Assembly (NCBI GenBank): GCA_963837465.1
Contig: CAWINB010000001.1
Span: 369,929 to 433,928, forward strand
Reading direction: 5' to 3'
DNA from: Candidatus Doudnabacteria bacterium
GTDB taxonomy: Bacteria; Patescibacteriota; Doudnabacteria; UBA920
Length of the DNA: 64,000 nt
Positions within the stretch are counted from its first letter, which is position 1. Each line of letters opens with the position of its first letter. The position numbers were made by a program, and so were the translations under genes. The notes below the pieces were generated by a model. That model was not told where the DNA came from, ran no database searches, and was given only the letters and a program-made list of their open reading frames with translations. This document shows positions 9,447 to 18,169 of this stretch, piece after piece.

Positions 9447-10733
9447 ATGGGAAAATTCGGCAGGAAACAAAAACAACTTGTCAGCATAATAGGGCCGGGA
9501 GTCATTACCGGGGCGGCGGATGACGACCCTTCGGGCATAGCCACTTATTCCCAAACCGGGGCGCAGTTTGGCTACGGCCAATTGTGGACCGCTTTTTTGC
9601 TGTTGCCTTTTTTAACGGCGGTTCAGGAAGCCTGCGCCAGGATTGGCGCGGTTACCGGCAAAGGCATTGCCGCGGTCATTAAGGAACATTACAGCAAAAA
9701 AATCCTTTACTGCATGCTGGCATTGGTTTTGCTGGCCAACACCATTAACATCGGAGCTGACCTGGGGGCCATGGGCGCGGCCGCGCATCTTGTGCTGCCG
9801 GTAAATTTTGCCGTCCTGACGCTTTTTTTTGCCGCGGTTATTTTACTTTTGGAAATATTCACTTGCTACAAAACCTACGCCAAAATTTTAAAATGGCTGG
9901 TGCTGGCGCTGCTGTCTTATCCCCTGACCTTATTTTTAATAAAGGAACCTTGGAGGCTTTTGCTTAAAGCCACCTTTGTGCCCCACATTGAGCCCAGCTT
10001 CGCTTTTTTATTTATTATTACCGGCGTCTTTGGCACCACCATATCCCCTTACATGTTTTTTTGGGAAGCATCCGAGGAAGTTGAGGAAGAACGGGAAAAA
10101 AACATGATAAAACAAGGCAGGCCCCGGCTGACCAAATCTTTTTTGCGCAACCTCAGGATTGATAATTTTGTGGGCATGCTGTCATCGCAAATAGCCACCT
10201 GGTGCATTATAGTCGTGGCGGCAACAGTACTGCGCTCAAACGGCGTAACCAATGTGGCCACGGCCGCTGACGCGGCCAAAGCCCTGGAGCCGCTGGTGCA
10301 TACTTTTCCCAACGCCGGATTTTGGGCCAAAGTTATTTTTGCCATCGGGATAATCGGACTTGGCATGCTGGCGGTACCCGTGCTTTCGGCCTCGGCCTCG
10401 TACGCCATTGCCGAAACCGCGGACTGGAAAGAGGGCCTGAATTTAAAATTCAAACGGGCGCGCGGCTTTTACGGGGTAATCACCATTGCTACTTTTATTG
10501 GCCTGATGATAAACTTCATCGGCATCAATCCCATAAAAGCCCTGGTCTTTACGGCGGTTTTTAACGGGGTGGCGGCCGTGCCCCTGATATTCATAATCGC
10601 CAAAATAGCCGGAAGCCAAAAAATTATGGGCGAATACAAAAGCGGCATTCTTTCCGGTGTTTTTGTCTGGGGCAGTTTTGTGATTATGGGCGCGGCGGCA
10701 GTGGCCATGTTTTTTACCTTAGGACATGGCTGA
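9447..10733 (+). CDS. NRAMP-family divalent metal (Mn/Fe) transporter
   Basis: GPGVITGAADDDPSGIATYSQ, GTTISPYMFFW, about 11 TM segments; ATG 9447 chosen over TTG 9429. Confidence 0.9.
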   Translation: MGKFGRKQKQLVSIIGPGVITGAADDDPSGIATYSQTGAQFGYGQLWTAFLLLPFLTAVQEACARIGAVTGKGIAAVIKEHYSKKILYCMLALVLLANTINIGADLGAMGAAAHLVLPVNFAVLTLFFAAVILLLEIFTCYKTYAKILKWLVLALLSYPLTLFLIKEPWRLLLKATFVPHIEPSFAFLFIITGVFGTTISPYMFFWEASEEVEEEREKNMIKQGRPRLTKSFLRNLRIDNFVGMLSSQIATWCIIVVAATVLRSNGVTNVATAADAAKALEPLVHTFPNAGFWAKVIFAIGIIGLGMLAVPVLSASASYAIAETADWKEGLNLKFKRARGFYGVITIATFIGLMINFIGINPIKALVFTAVFNGVAAVPLIFIIAKIAGSQKIMGEYKSGILSGVFVWGSFVIMGAAAVAMFFTLGHG

Positions 10734-10912
10734 CAATAAGCGGCAAATTCCAAATAAGCACGGGCGGCACGGGAGCCAAAAATCACGGCCATTGCCGCCG
10801 GAATTGTTCGGGAATGTTTTCAGCGCGGGCGGGAAACGGCGGGCCCGCGGCGAATAAAACTGCCGTAATTTTTAGCCCACCCCATGGAGGCATAATCGTA
10901 ATCGTAAAATCG

Positions 10913-10941
10913 TTGACAAAATCCCCGGCCAAAGCTATAAT
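10913..10941 (+). promoter_or_regulatory. consensus sigma70 promoter of infC-rpmI-rplT
   Basis: TTGACA (10913-10918), 17-nt spacer, TATAAT (10936-10941). Confidence 0.85.
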
Positions 10942-10977
10942 AAGCGGGCTAATCATAAAATAAACTCTTTATATTAA

Positions 10978-11484
10978 GTGTTAAAAGTACGGCTTAATCA
11001 TCAAATTAAAACTCCGACGCTGCGGGTTATCAACGAAGAAGGCCAGCAAATCGGGATTATGAAAACTTCGGAGGCTTTAGCCTTGGCTTTGGAAAATGGC
11101 CTGGATCTGGTGGAGGTCTCGCCGGTGGCCAATCCGCCAGTGGCCAAACTGATTGATTTTGCCAAATACAAGTACCAGCAAAAAAAGATGGAGCAGCAGC
11201 AAAAAAAGAAGGCTAAAAAAACCGAAGTCCGTACCATTTGGATTTCCATGAGGATTTCCGAGCACGATATGGGAATCAAAGCCGCCAAAGTCAGCGAATT
11301 TTTAACGGACGGGGATTTGGTAAAAATCGAACTGCGCATGCGCGGCCGCGAACAGGCTTACGGCGAACTGGGCCGGAAAAATCTGGATACCTTTTTAAAC
11401 TTTATCGAAGTCCCCCACCGCGTGGAAGTACCCATGAAAAGAATGGGCGGAACCTGGTCGGCGACGGTAGCCCCAACTAAATAA
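10978..11484 (+). CDS. infC: translation initiation factor IF-3
   Basis: LDLVEVSP..PPVAKLIDF.KYKY, MRGRE; lies in the infC-rpmI-rplT operon; exact start codon uncertain. Confidence 0.97.
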   Translation: MLKVRLNHQIKTPTLRVINEEGQQIGIMKTSEALALALENGLDLVEVSPVANPPVAKLIDFAKYKYQQKKMEQQQKKKAKKTEVRTIWISMRISEHDMGIKAAKVSEFLTDGDLVKIELRMRGREQAYGELGRKNLDTFLNFIEVPHRVEVPMKRMGGTWSATVAPTK

Positions 11485-11581
11485 TTAAATAAAATTTGTT
11501 AATTGAGTAAATTGACAAAATTGGCTGCATAAAATTTTACTTAATTTTATTTATTTTTTAAATTTTACTTATATAGTCTAT

Positions 11582-11776
11582 ATGCCCAAAGTAAGAACCC
11601 ATCAGGGAACAGCCAAAAGAATAAAGAAGACCGGCGGCGGAAAATTAATGGCCCGCGCCACCGGACAGGATCATTTTAATTCCCGCGAGACTGGCAAATC
11701 AACCAAGAACAAGCGCCGGGACCTGAACCTTGCCAAAACCCATCAGAAGCTGAGAAGTTTAATACCTTATAAATAA
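11582..11776 (+). CDS. rpmI: 50S ribosomal protein L35
   Basis: MPKVRTHQGTAKRIKKTGGGK; position in operon. Confidence 0.95.
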   Translation: MPKVRTHQGTAKRIKKTGGGKLMARATGQDHFNSRETGKSTKNKRRDLNLAKTHQKLRSLIPYK

Positions 11777-11841
11777 TTCCAGCGGTTAGCGTATAGCGTC
11801 AAGTGATTAGTTCTATACCCTATACCCTATACCCTAACTTT

Positions 11842-12186
11842 ATGACCAGAGTCAAGCGCGGCGTTGCCGCCCACAAGCGAAGAAAAAATTTACTCAAACG
11901 GGCCAAGGGTTTTGATAACCGCCGCTCCACCAATTTTGCCCTGGCGCGGGAAGCCCTGTTGCGCGCCGACAAGTATTCCTACCGGGATCGCCGCAACAAA
12001 AAGCGCGATTTTCGGGCCCTGTGGCTTATAAGAGCCAATGCCGCCCTGCGAGAAAACGGCATCACCTGGAGCAGGTTTGCCGGAGTGTTAAAAAAGCAAA
12101 ATATTTTAATCAACCGTAAAATGCTTGCGGAACTGGCGGTTACTCATCCCGAGCAGTTTGACAAGATGGTTAAGAGCATTATTTAA
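11842..12186 (+). CDS. rplT: 50S ribosomal protein L20
   Basis: MTRVKRG...YRDRRNKKRDFRALW; true start is ATG 11842 (the ORF-track extension is repeat DNA). Confidence 0.97.
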   Translation: MTRVKRGVAAHKRRKNLLKRAKGFDNRRSTNFALAREALLRADKYSYRDRRNKKRDFRALWLIRANAALRENGITWSRFAGVLKKQNILINRKMLAELAVTHPEQFDKMVKSII

Positions 12187-12264
12187 AAAGCTGTCCGGAA
12201 AGCCGCTTTCGTCGCGAAATTCTAAAATCGCGGCAGAAATGGATCTTTTCAGACAGCCTCTGAG
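12187..12264. repeat. MITE-like palindromic element family B; second copy 63010-63063
   Basis: shared AAATCGCGGC.GAAA.GGATCTTT...GACAGCCTCTGAG core with GCTGT...ACAGC termini. Confidence 0.65.
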
Positions 12265-12289
12265 ACAATAGGCTCAAGCTTACAAAAAT

Positions 12290-12322
12290 AAAAGGGCAAC
12301 CCTTTAAAGGGTTGCCCTTTTT
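12290..12322. terminator. bidirectional intrinsic terminator
   Basis: perfect palindrome AAAAGGGCAACCCTTTAAAGGGTTGCCCTTTT between convergent genes. Confidence 0.85.
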
Positions 12323-12338
12323 ACTTTTCAGTTCGGGA

Positions 12339-12911
12339 TTATTGAGCCGGAGTTGAAGTAGCTTGGTTGCTGGGATTGGCTTTATAGGCTTCTATGGCTT
12401 TAACAACCTGGCCATCCGCCTTTAAGTCTTCGTAAAACAGGATTTGGGCGCGGGAGATACGCATTTCATCCACCGGACCATGAAGTTCGTTGCCAAGTTT
12501 GACCAAAGAAATTTGCGGCTGCGCTTGGGACGCCGCGGCCGCGGCTTGACCGCTGCCCTGCAGCGGCGGCTGGACAACTTGCAGGTAAAAGATGTCTTTT
12601 AAGTCGGCGTAATTGCCATTGGCATCGGACATCTTGCCGAAGTAAACCTGGCCGTTGGTCAAAAAGACCGCTTGGTAGCCTGAGGGCTGGTCGCCCGTGG
12701 CTGTCATGGCGCTTGATTGCCTGTTAAACAGGTTGTTTCGGAACAAAATCCCCAAAATAACCAACACCACGACTACCACTCCCAAAATTATCCAGGGAGC
12801 CCTGGAATTTTTTTGCTGCATCATGGGTTCGCTTTGCGGCTGATACTCCGGGCGTGCCGCGGGCTGCTGCGACGGCTGGGCCGGACGGGTGACTCTAATT
12901 TCATCTGACAT
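12339..12911 (-). CDS. single-TM hypothetical protein of a family I recall as widespread in CPR
   Basis: TM helix followed by YQAVFLTNGQVYFGK...DIFYLQ...LVKLGNELHGP motif. Confidence 0.75.
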   Translation of the reverse strand: MSDEIRVTRPAQPSQQPAARPEYQPQSEPMMQQKNSRAPWIILGVVVVVLVILGILFRNNLFNRQSSAMTATGDQPSGYQAVFLTNGQVYFGKMSDANGNYADLKDIFYLQVVQPPLQGSGQAAAAASQAQPQISLVKLGNELHGPVDEMRISRAQILFYEDLKADGQVVKAIEAYKANPSNQATSTPAQ

Positions 12912-13036
12912 AATATTTTAAATTTCCAATATCAAATTTCAAATTTCCCCGCCTTTGGCGGAAAATTAAAAAAGAAACTGAATTTGATTTAATTAATTAA
13001 GTAGAGATTGTCATGCTGCTGTCTGAGCTTGGGGTG

Positions 13037-13663
13037 TCAGCATCTTAAAATCCGGGATTGGTTAAAATTCGGCTTGAAATTTATGTTTAAACTTTCGGGA
13101 GGCAATAATTTCACGAATATTTTTTTGCCTCGGTCTTCAGTGAGCAAAGCTATGATAAAAATACCGGCTACCGCTACGGGAAGACTCGCGGAAAACGGAG
13201 CCGGGGCAACGTCCGGGTTGGGCGAGATAGTCTGACTGCCAATTTTTACGGCCAATGTAAACCTTGGCGCGGCCAAAGGCCGTACTGCCAGATTAATATG
13301 GTTCCCGGCTGTCTCAACCTGGGATTTGAGGAAAAAACAACCGGCCGGCTGGTTTAAATTTATGATATTCGGCCCCAAGGCAGCCGAACCGGAAGGTTCT
13401 GACAAAGCGGGAAAACAGGCGTTTGCCGATATTGGCGCATCCGCGACAACCACCGTCCCGCTTTGGGTGTTTGGCGAAACTTTTACAAAAATCTAACCTG
13501 TTTTAACCAAAGCCCCGGGGGGAAAAGCCGCCACGGCCATGGAAACAGGACTTGCCGCGGCCCGGGATGGCTGATACCCCGGCCAAAGGAGGCAAAATAA
13601 GAGCAAAAAGGTTAAAATTCCCCTGCTTTTATCATATATTTTGTTGGCTGTATTTTTATTCAA
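13037..13663 (-). pseudogene. exported/membrane-anchored hypothetical protein interrupted by an in-frame TAG
   Basis: Frame open from TTG 13663 (signal-like GILTFLLLFCLLWP) to 13037 except one TAG at 13493-13495; C-terminal TM segment. Confidence 0.45.
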
Positions 13664-13798
13664 AATCTTTTGTTTCTTCCAAATTTATATGAATTACGTC
13701 TGCCAAAATTATATCACAAATATCCCGTAACCCATAATATTTCAGCCGGGACCGGGTTTGGAATAAAGGCTTAATTTTGTTATTATTACAATACCTTT

Positions 13799-14275
13799 AT
13801 GTCCAGAATTTTCAACCAGCAAACTTTACAAATACTCCGGGAAGTCTCCATAAATTCCGGCGCCGGACAAAGCCAAAAACTTTTTGAAATTTGCGGCAAG
13901 GACTTGTCTTACAAAGATTTTTACAACACTCTTTACCGGCTTAAACAGCAGGAACTGCTTTCCGGCAGCAACCAAAAGCTGGCCATTACCCCCGAAGGCC
14001 AAAAACTGCTCAGCCGCCATAATCCGACGCGCGACGGCGTCTGGAAACTGGTAATTTTTGATATTCCGGAAAAACAAAAATACGTCCGCGTGGTTCTGCG
14101 GGCGAAACTCAAAGCCCTAAACTTTAAGAAATGGCAGAATAGCATCTGGATTTCCCCCTACGTTTTGGATGAAGAAATAGAAAAAGAACTCAAAGAGCTG
14201 GGAAAAAAATTCTTTGTCAGGCTGATACAAACCAAAAACATAAATTTGACCGAGGATTTGGAAAAAATGTTTTGA
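13799..14275 (+). CDS. PaaX-family regulator (winged HTH plus Cas2-like ferredoxin-fold domain)
   Basis: wHTH ending in ITPEG, then DGVWKLVIFDIPE...F...QNSIW. Confidence 0.8.
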   Translation: MSRIFNQQTLQILREVSINSGAGQSQKLFEICGKDLSYKDFYNTLYRLKQQELLSGSNQKLAITPEGQKLLSRHNPTRDGVWKLVIFDIPEKQKYVRVVLRAKLKALNFKKWQNSIWISPYVLDEEIEKELKELGKKFFVRLIQTKNINLTEDLEKMF

Positions 14276-14365
14276 ACCTGTTTGAAAAATAATTCGCGGG
14301 CGGAATTTAAGAATTTTAGCCAAAATTCTTAAATCGCGGCCCGAAGTATTTTTAAAACAGGTTCT
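14274..14365. repeat. MITE-like palindromic element family A; longer copy 62432-62594
   Basis: termini GAACCTGTTT...AAACAGGTTCT and shared internal GCGGGCGGAATTTAAGAATTTT...AAAATTCTTAAATCGCGGCCCGAAGTAT. Confidence 0.8.
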
Positions 14366-14784
14366 TAATTAAAATCCCCCGCCTCCCGCCAGGAATCCAC
14401 CCGCGTGGCGGCGGGAGGGCCGCTTTGCCATTGAGCCTGGATTTCAACTTTCCTGATTACACCGTTTACGCCGGCCTCGGTTTCAACAGTGTACTCGCTG
14501 CCGTTAAGCAAAACCGGCAGTATGGAACAACTGCCTGTGTTTAAATTTACCGCCTGCCCTCCGGCGTAACCCGGATTCTGGCGCAGCGAGTCGAGGGCGC
14601 TTTCGGCGCAGGCATCGGCCAGGGCGGCTGACCGGGCGGATTGCTGTAAAATAAAATTGGTCTGGCTGTGGGCTAAGGCCAGCAAAATTAAAGAACCGGC
14701 TACGGCCACGCCGATAACGCTGAGTAAAATCACGCTGAACAAAACTATGTAACCTTGCTGGTTTGGAAAATTTTTTTGGAGCAT
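14365..14784 (-). CDS. PilX-like minor pilin
   Basis: QQG|YIVL N-terminal hydrophobic helix lacking E5, then A..LADACAE.AL; last gene of the pilin operon. Confidence 0.75.
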   Translation of the reverse strand: MLQKNFPNQQGYIVLFSVILLSVIGVAVAGSLILLALAHSQTNFILQQSARSAALADACAESALDSLRQNPGYAGGQAVNLNTGSCSILPVLLNGSEYTVETEAGVNGVIRKVEIQAQWQSGPPAATRVDSWREAGDFN

Positions 14785-14803
14785 AATAAATCTGCTGTCA
14801 AGC

Positions 14804-15307
14804 CTACCTCAAACTCGCTGAATCATAAAAAGTGGAGCTGTAATTATATTCTTCGCCCGTAGAGTCAGTGTTATAATTTAAAGTCATTTGGATTTGGACA
14901 ATGCCCGGAGTGGCGGGCCGGGAAAGATTATTAAAAATAAGGCCCGTGACATTAATATCTGGCGACAGCAGGCTGATCGCGGATCCGCTGCCCACTGTTT
15001 CCGTCAGGCTGCCGCCGCTGCCGTCAAAAATCACGGCACCGCCCGAAGAATTTAAAGATAACAGGCTGCCGCCCGTGCCCGCGGGCGGCTGGTTAATAAT
15101 TTGGGCGTTTCTTACGGCCTGCGTCATCACGGATACCGCGAACGCTCCCTGCTGCTCAACTTCGCTTACGGTCTGGTACTTAACGCGCGCCTGCAGTACC
15201 GCGGCCAAAGACAGGCTGATGGCCAACAGCAGGGAGCCGGCAATGGCTAAGTACAGCAAAGTTTCAATTAAAGTGAAGCCGGATTTTTTTTTATTGGTAT
15301 CTTGCAA
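14804..15307 (-). CDS. type IV minor pilin (PilW-like)
   Basis: KKSG|FTLIETLLY prepilin motif. Confidence 0.85.
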   Translation of the reverse strand: MQDTNKKKSGFTLIETLLYLAIAGSLLLAISLSLAAVLQARVKYQTVSEVEQQGAFAVSVMTQAVRNAQIINQPPAGTGGSLLSLNSSGGAVIFDGSGGSLTETVGSGSAISLLSPDINVTGLIFNNLSRPATPGIVQIQMTLNYNTDSTGEEYNYSSTFYDSASLR

Positions 15308-15404
15308 TTATTTAAAAAATTAATTACGGCCTGAAATTTCTAATGTGTCATCCCGGAATTTTTTAGGGCTGTAAAAAATATCCGGAATCCAGTAATTGAG
15401 AGGG

Positions 15405-15851
15405 TTAATCCCCTTTCCAATCGGTTAACCAACTCTCCAAAGAAACAGAACCATCGCGCTGCAAATTTTCCGGCCAGGTTACGGTAACCGTAACATCCTG
15501 GGTGGAAGTGGAATTTACCACCGGGGCAATGGTGATTTGCCGGCTAAAAATACCGGTAATATCCGGCCCGCCGGCCAAAACCCAGACGCCGTTTTGGACC
15601 ACCAGGCCAAAATTTCCGTCCCGCAGATTGTTAAAATTGCCGTCCCGGATATTGCGCGCGGCTTCCAGGCCTTCCTGGGCCAGTTCCACGGCGCGCGCCT
15701 GCTGGCCGGCCATGACCGCGGTATCCAAGCCGTAAATAATCGCGCCGACGAACACGCTTATGGTAAGGGCAAAAAGGGCGGCGGCCAAAAGAATTTCCAC
15801 CAGGCTGAACCCCTTATCCTGTTTTTCCTGTCCATAAATGCGCTTGTTCAT
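15405..15851 (-). CDS. type IV minor pilin (PilV-like)
   Basis: KG|FSLVEILLA; C-terminal VTVTVTW. Confidence 0.85.
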   Translation of the reverse strand: MNKRIYGQEKQDKGFSLVEILLAAALFALTISVFVGAIIYGLDTAVMAGQQARAVELAQEGLEAARNIRDGNFNNLRDGNFGLVVQNGVWVLAGGPDITGIFSRQITIAPVVNSTSTQDVTVTVTWPENLQRDGSVSLESWLTDWKGD

Positions 15852-15914
15852 AAATAGAATTCTCGATATCAGAACATCTCTCCCGGCTGCGTCTGGCCCT
15901 GGATGAGGCGCGTT

Positions 15915-16376
15915 TCAATAACTTACCATCCCGGCGGCATTAACGCTTATGGTCCGGCTTTGGCCCAAAGGATCGGTTATTACAAATGACCCGCTGGTTT
16001 GGGGCTGGCCGGAAAATTTATTAAAATCAATCTCGGTTAAACCTCCGGAAGCCACAGCCTGGGGAAAATTTAAAACCTGGTCAAAATTGGAATTCCTGCC
16101 CGCGAAACTGCTGCCGGAAAAAACAACAACATCCTGGCTTTGCAGCTCAACTCCCCAGGGAGTGTCCTGGTCAACGGCCGTGGCAAAAGTTTGGGCGGCG
16201 CGCAACGATTGCGCTATGATAATCGCGGACAAATCCAGGTCGTTCCGCTCGGAAAGCGACCAGGCCACAGGCCCGACAGTGGCGGCAATCAGCACCAGCA
16301 AAGCCAAAACCAGCAAGACCTCGATTAGGGTAAAACCGCCGGGAAAAATTTTTTTAATTTTTTTCTGGACACGCAT
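15915..16376 (-). CDS. type IV minor pilin (FimT/GspH-like)
   Basis: GG|FTLIEVLLV; F...G.P...ISVNAAG C-terminus. Confidence 0.85.
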   Translation of the reverse strand: MRVQKKIKKIFPGGFTLIEVLLVLALLVLIAATVGPVAWSLSERNDLDLSAIIIAQSLRAAQTFATAVDQDTPWGVELQSQDVVVFSGSSFAGRNSNFDQVLNFPQAVASGGLTEIDFNKFSGQPQTSGSFVITDPLGQSRTISVNAAGMVSY

Positions 16377-16501
16377 AAGTGCGTCAAATCAATCCGCAAA
16401 AAGTTTTGCGGGGGCCGGGCTTGCCTGCCCGTCAGCCGCGGCGGACAAAACCGGCCCCGCAGGAACCGCGGTAAAAACATAAAAACCTTTCGGGCAAACA
16501 T

Positions 16502-17995
16502 CTACCGAACCAGGGAAGCGTACCGGCTTGAAACCCATCCAACAGTCCCGTCCCGCGGGGAAATAAAATACCAGCCCTGCTGCTGCCGGGTCAGGGCAAA
16601 AACCTGTCCGGGGTAAACTTGTCCAACGGCCGCCGAACCCGATGCCGGCCGGCTCCTGACATACAAATAATTAATACCCGGAGAAATTACAATTGCCAGT
16701 CCGGGTTTTTGGATGAAAGCTCCCCTGATTGCGGGCACGGGCCCGACCGGGCTGGATGTCGCGGTTTTCAACTCCGCGGCCGTTTGCGGGGTGGAAGTGG
16801 CCGCGGGCAAAAGGTTTTTTGAAACAACAGCCGGAGCGTTGGTGCTGCCCGTGGTGGCGTCCTGGAGGCCCCCTATTAAACCATACAAAGGCAAAATCAC
16901 GCCCAGAGCCACCATTGCCACGCCTATCCAGACTATAATAAGCATTATCGGCTCAAGGACAACAGTCAAATTCTGCGCGGTCAAAGCGCTTTTTTCCTCA
17001 TAATTTTTACCGATGGTCAGCAGGGAATGTTCCAGCTTGCCCGACAGCTCCCCCGCGACCACAATTTGCTGGACCGGCACGGGAAGCATTTTTTTTAAGC
17101 CGGAAAAATCGGCAAAACTTTTTTGAAAAGATTTGCCTTCTTCCAGGCTGTTTTTCAAAAAAGCAAACAGCCGCTTGTAATTTTCAAAGGAAGCGGCGCG
17201 GCTGAGCAAATCCAGCGCCTGGACTACGGGCACTCCTGCCCCAAGCAAACTGCCTAGCACATAGCCAAAACGGGTTATTTCCGTTTCCCGGACCAGCGTC
17301 CCCACCCCAGGCAAAACAAACAGGAATTTTTGGCCGATGAATTTGGTGGGGCCGAAAATAAACAAAAAATAAAACAGCGTAAAAAAACCGAGAATAAAAC
17401 ACGGGATAAACACAAGGCCGTGGGCCTGTAAAAAAGCCCCGAAACGGATAAGGATAACGGTCAACAGCGGCAGTTTGATTCTTAACTGCGAAAAAACCGT
17501 GGCCAAACGGGGCAAAATAAACCAGGCAATGGCCGTGCCCAAAATAACGGTCAAGCCTAAAACAATAGCCGGATAAATCATGGCCGACTTTATCCGCTCC
17601 TTTAAAATCCTTTCTTTTTCCTGCTGCTGGCTTAAAAATTTTAAGTTTTCGCTCAAACGCCCGGACTCTTCCCCGATACGGATCAAAGAGATGGCATATT
17701 CCGGAAACAAACCTGTTTTGGCGAAAGCTTCCCAAAAATGCTGGCCGGTTTCAATGTCATTTTCCAGTTCCGCCACAATGGCCAGCAGCCTTTTTGAACT
17801 GACCGATTCCTTCAGGGACTTAAGAACTAAAGACACGGGCATGTCCGAATTCAGCATCAGCGACAGGTTTTCAACAAAAGATTCCTTTTCCCTGCCAATG
17901 CCGAAAGTTTTAAAAAAACCGGGCGATAAAGAAGCTTGGCGCTTGGAAGCGGCCGGTATTGATTTTGTCATAGCTGATTGATTTAGGGCTTCCAC
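16502..17995 (-). CDS. pilC: type IV pilus platform protein PilC/GspF with C-terminal SH3b-like domain
   Basis: two GspF repeats (GEESGRL, AMIYP, GELSGKL, LEPIM), Thr/Ala linker, then LYVRSRP...GWY...GWVSSRY. Confidence 0.88.
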   Translation of the reverse strand: MEALNQSAMTKSIPAASKRQASLSPGFFKTFGIGREKESFVENLSLMLNSDMPVSLVLKSLKESVSSKRLLAIVAELENDIETGQHFWEAFAKTGLFPEYAISLIRIGEESGRLSENLKFLSQQQEKERILKERIKSAMIYPAIVLGLTVILGTAIAWFILPRLATVFSQLRIKLPLLTVILIRFGAFLQAHGLVFIPCFILGFFTLFYFLFIFGPTKFIGQKFLFVLPGVGTLVRETEITRFGYVLGSLLGAGVPVVQALDLLSRAASFENYKRLFAFLKNSLEEGKSFQKSFADFSGLKKMLPVPVQQIVVAGELSGKLEHSLLTIGKNYEEKSALTAQNLTVVLEPIMLIIVWIGVAMVALGVILPLYGLIGGLQDATTGSTNAPAVVSKNLLPAATSTPQTAAELKTATSSPVGPVPAIRGAFIQKPGLAIVISPGINYLYVRSRPASGSAAVGQVYPGQVFALTRQQQGWYFISPRDGTVGWVSSRYASLVR

Positions 17996-18169
17996 GCTTG
18001 GCAGGAATGGCTAAGACTGACGGTTTATATAAAACATGGGGATGATAAACACGGATTTGAATCAGATGAAGACGGATATCATGGCATCCTGTCTGTGTTT
18101 ATCTGTTTGAATTATCTGTGTTAATCCGTTTCCAAAAATTTGTTCCCTTGTCATTAAAACAGGTTCCGG

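Noticed and set aside
11803-11841. N-terminal extension of L20 (MISSIPYTLYPNF)
   Set aside because: It is a translation of the TATACCC heptamer repeat; canonical L20 begins at ATG 11842.
13799-14275. CRISPR-Cas locus (Cas2-like VIFDIPE motif)
   Set aside because: The protein has an N-terminal wHTH typical of PaaX-like regulators, and there is no cas1, effector gene or repeat-spacer array in the window.
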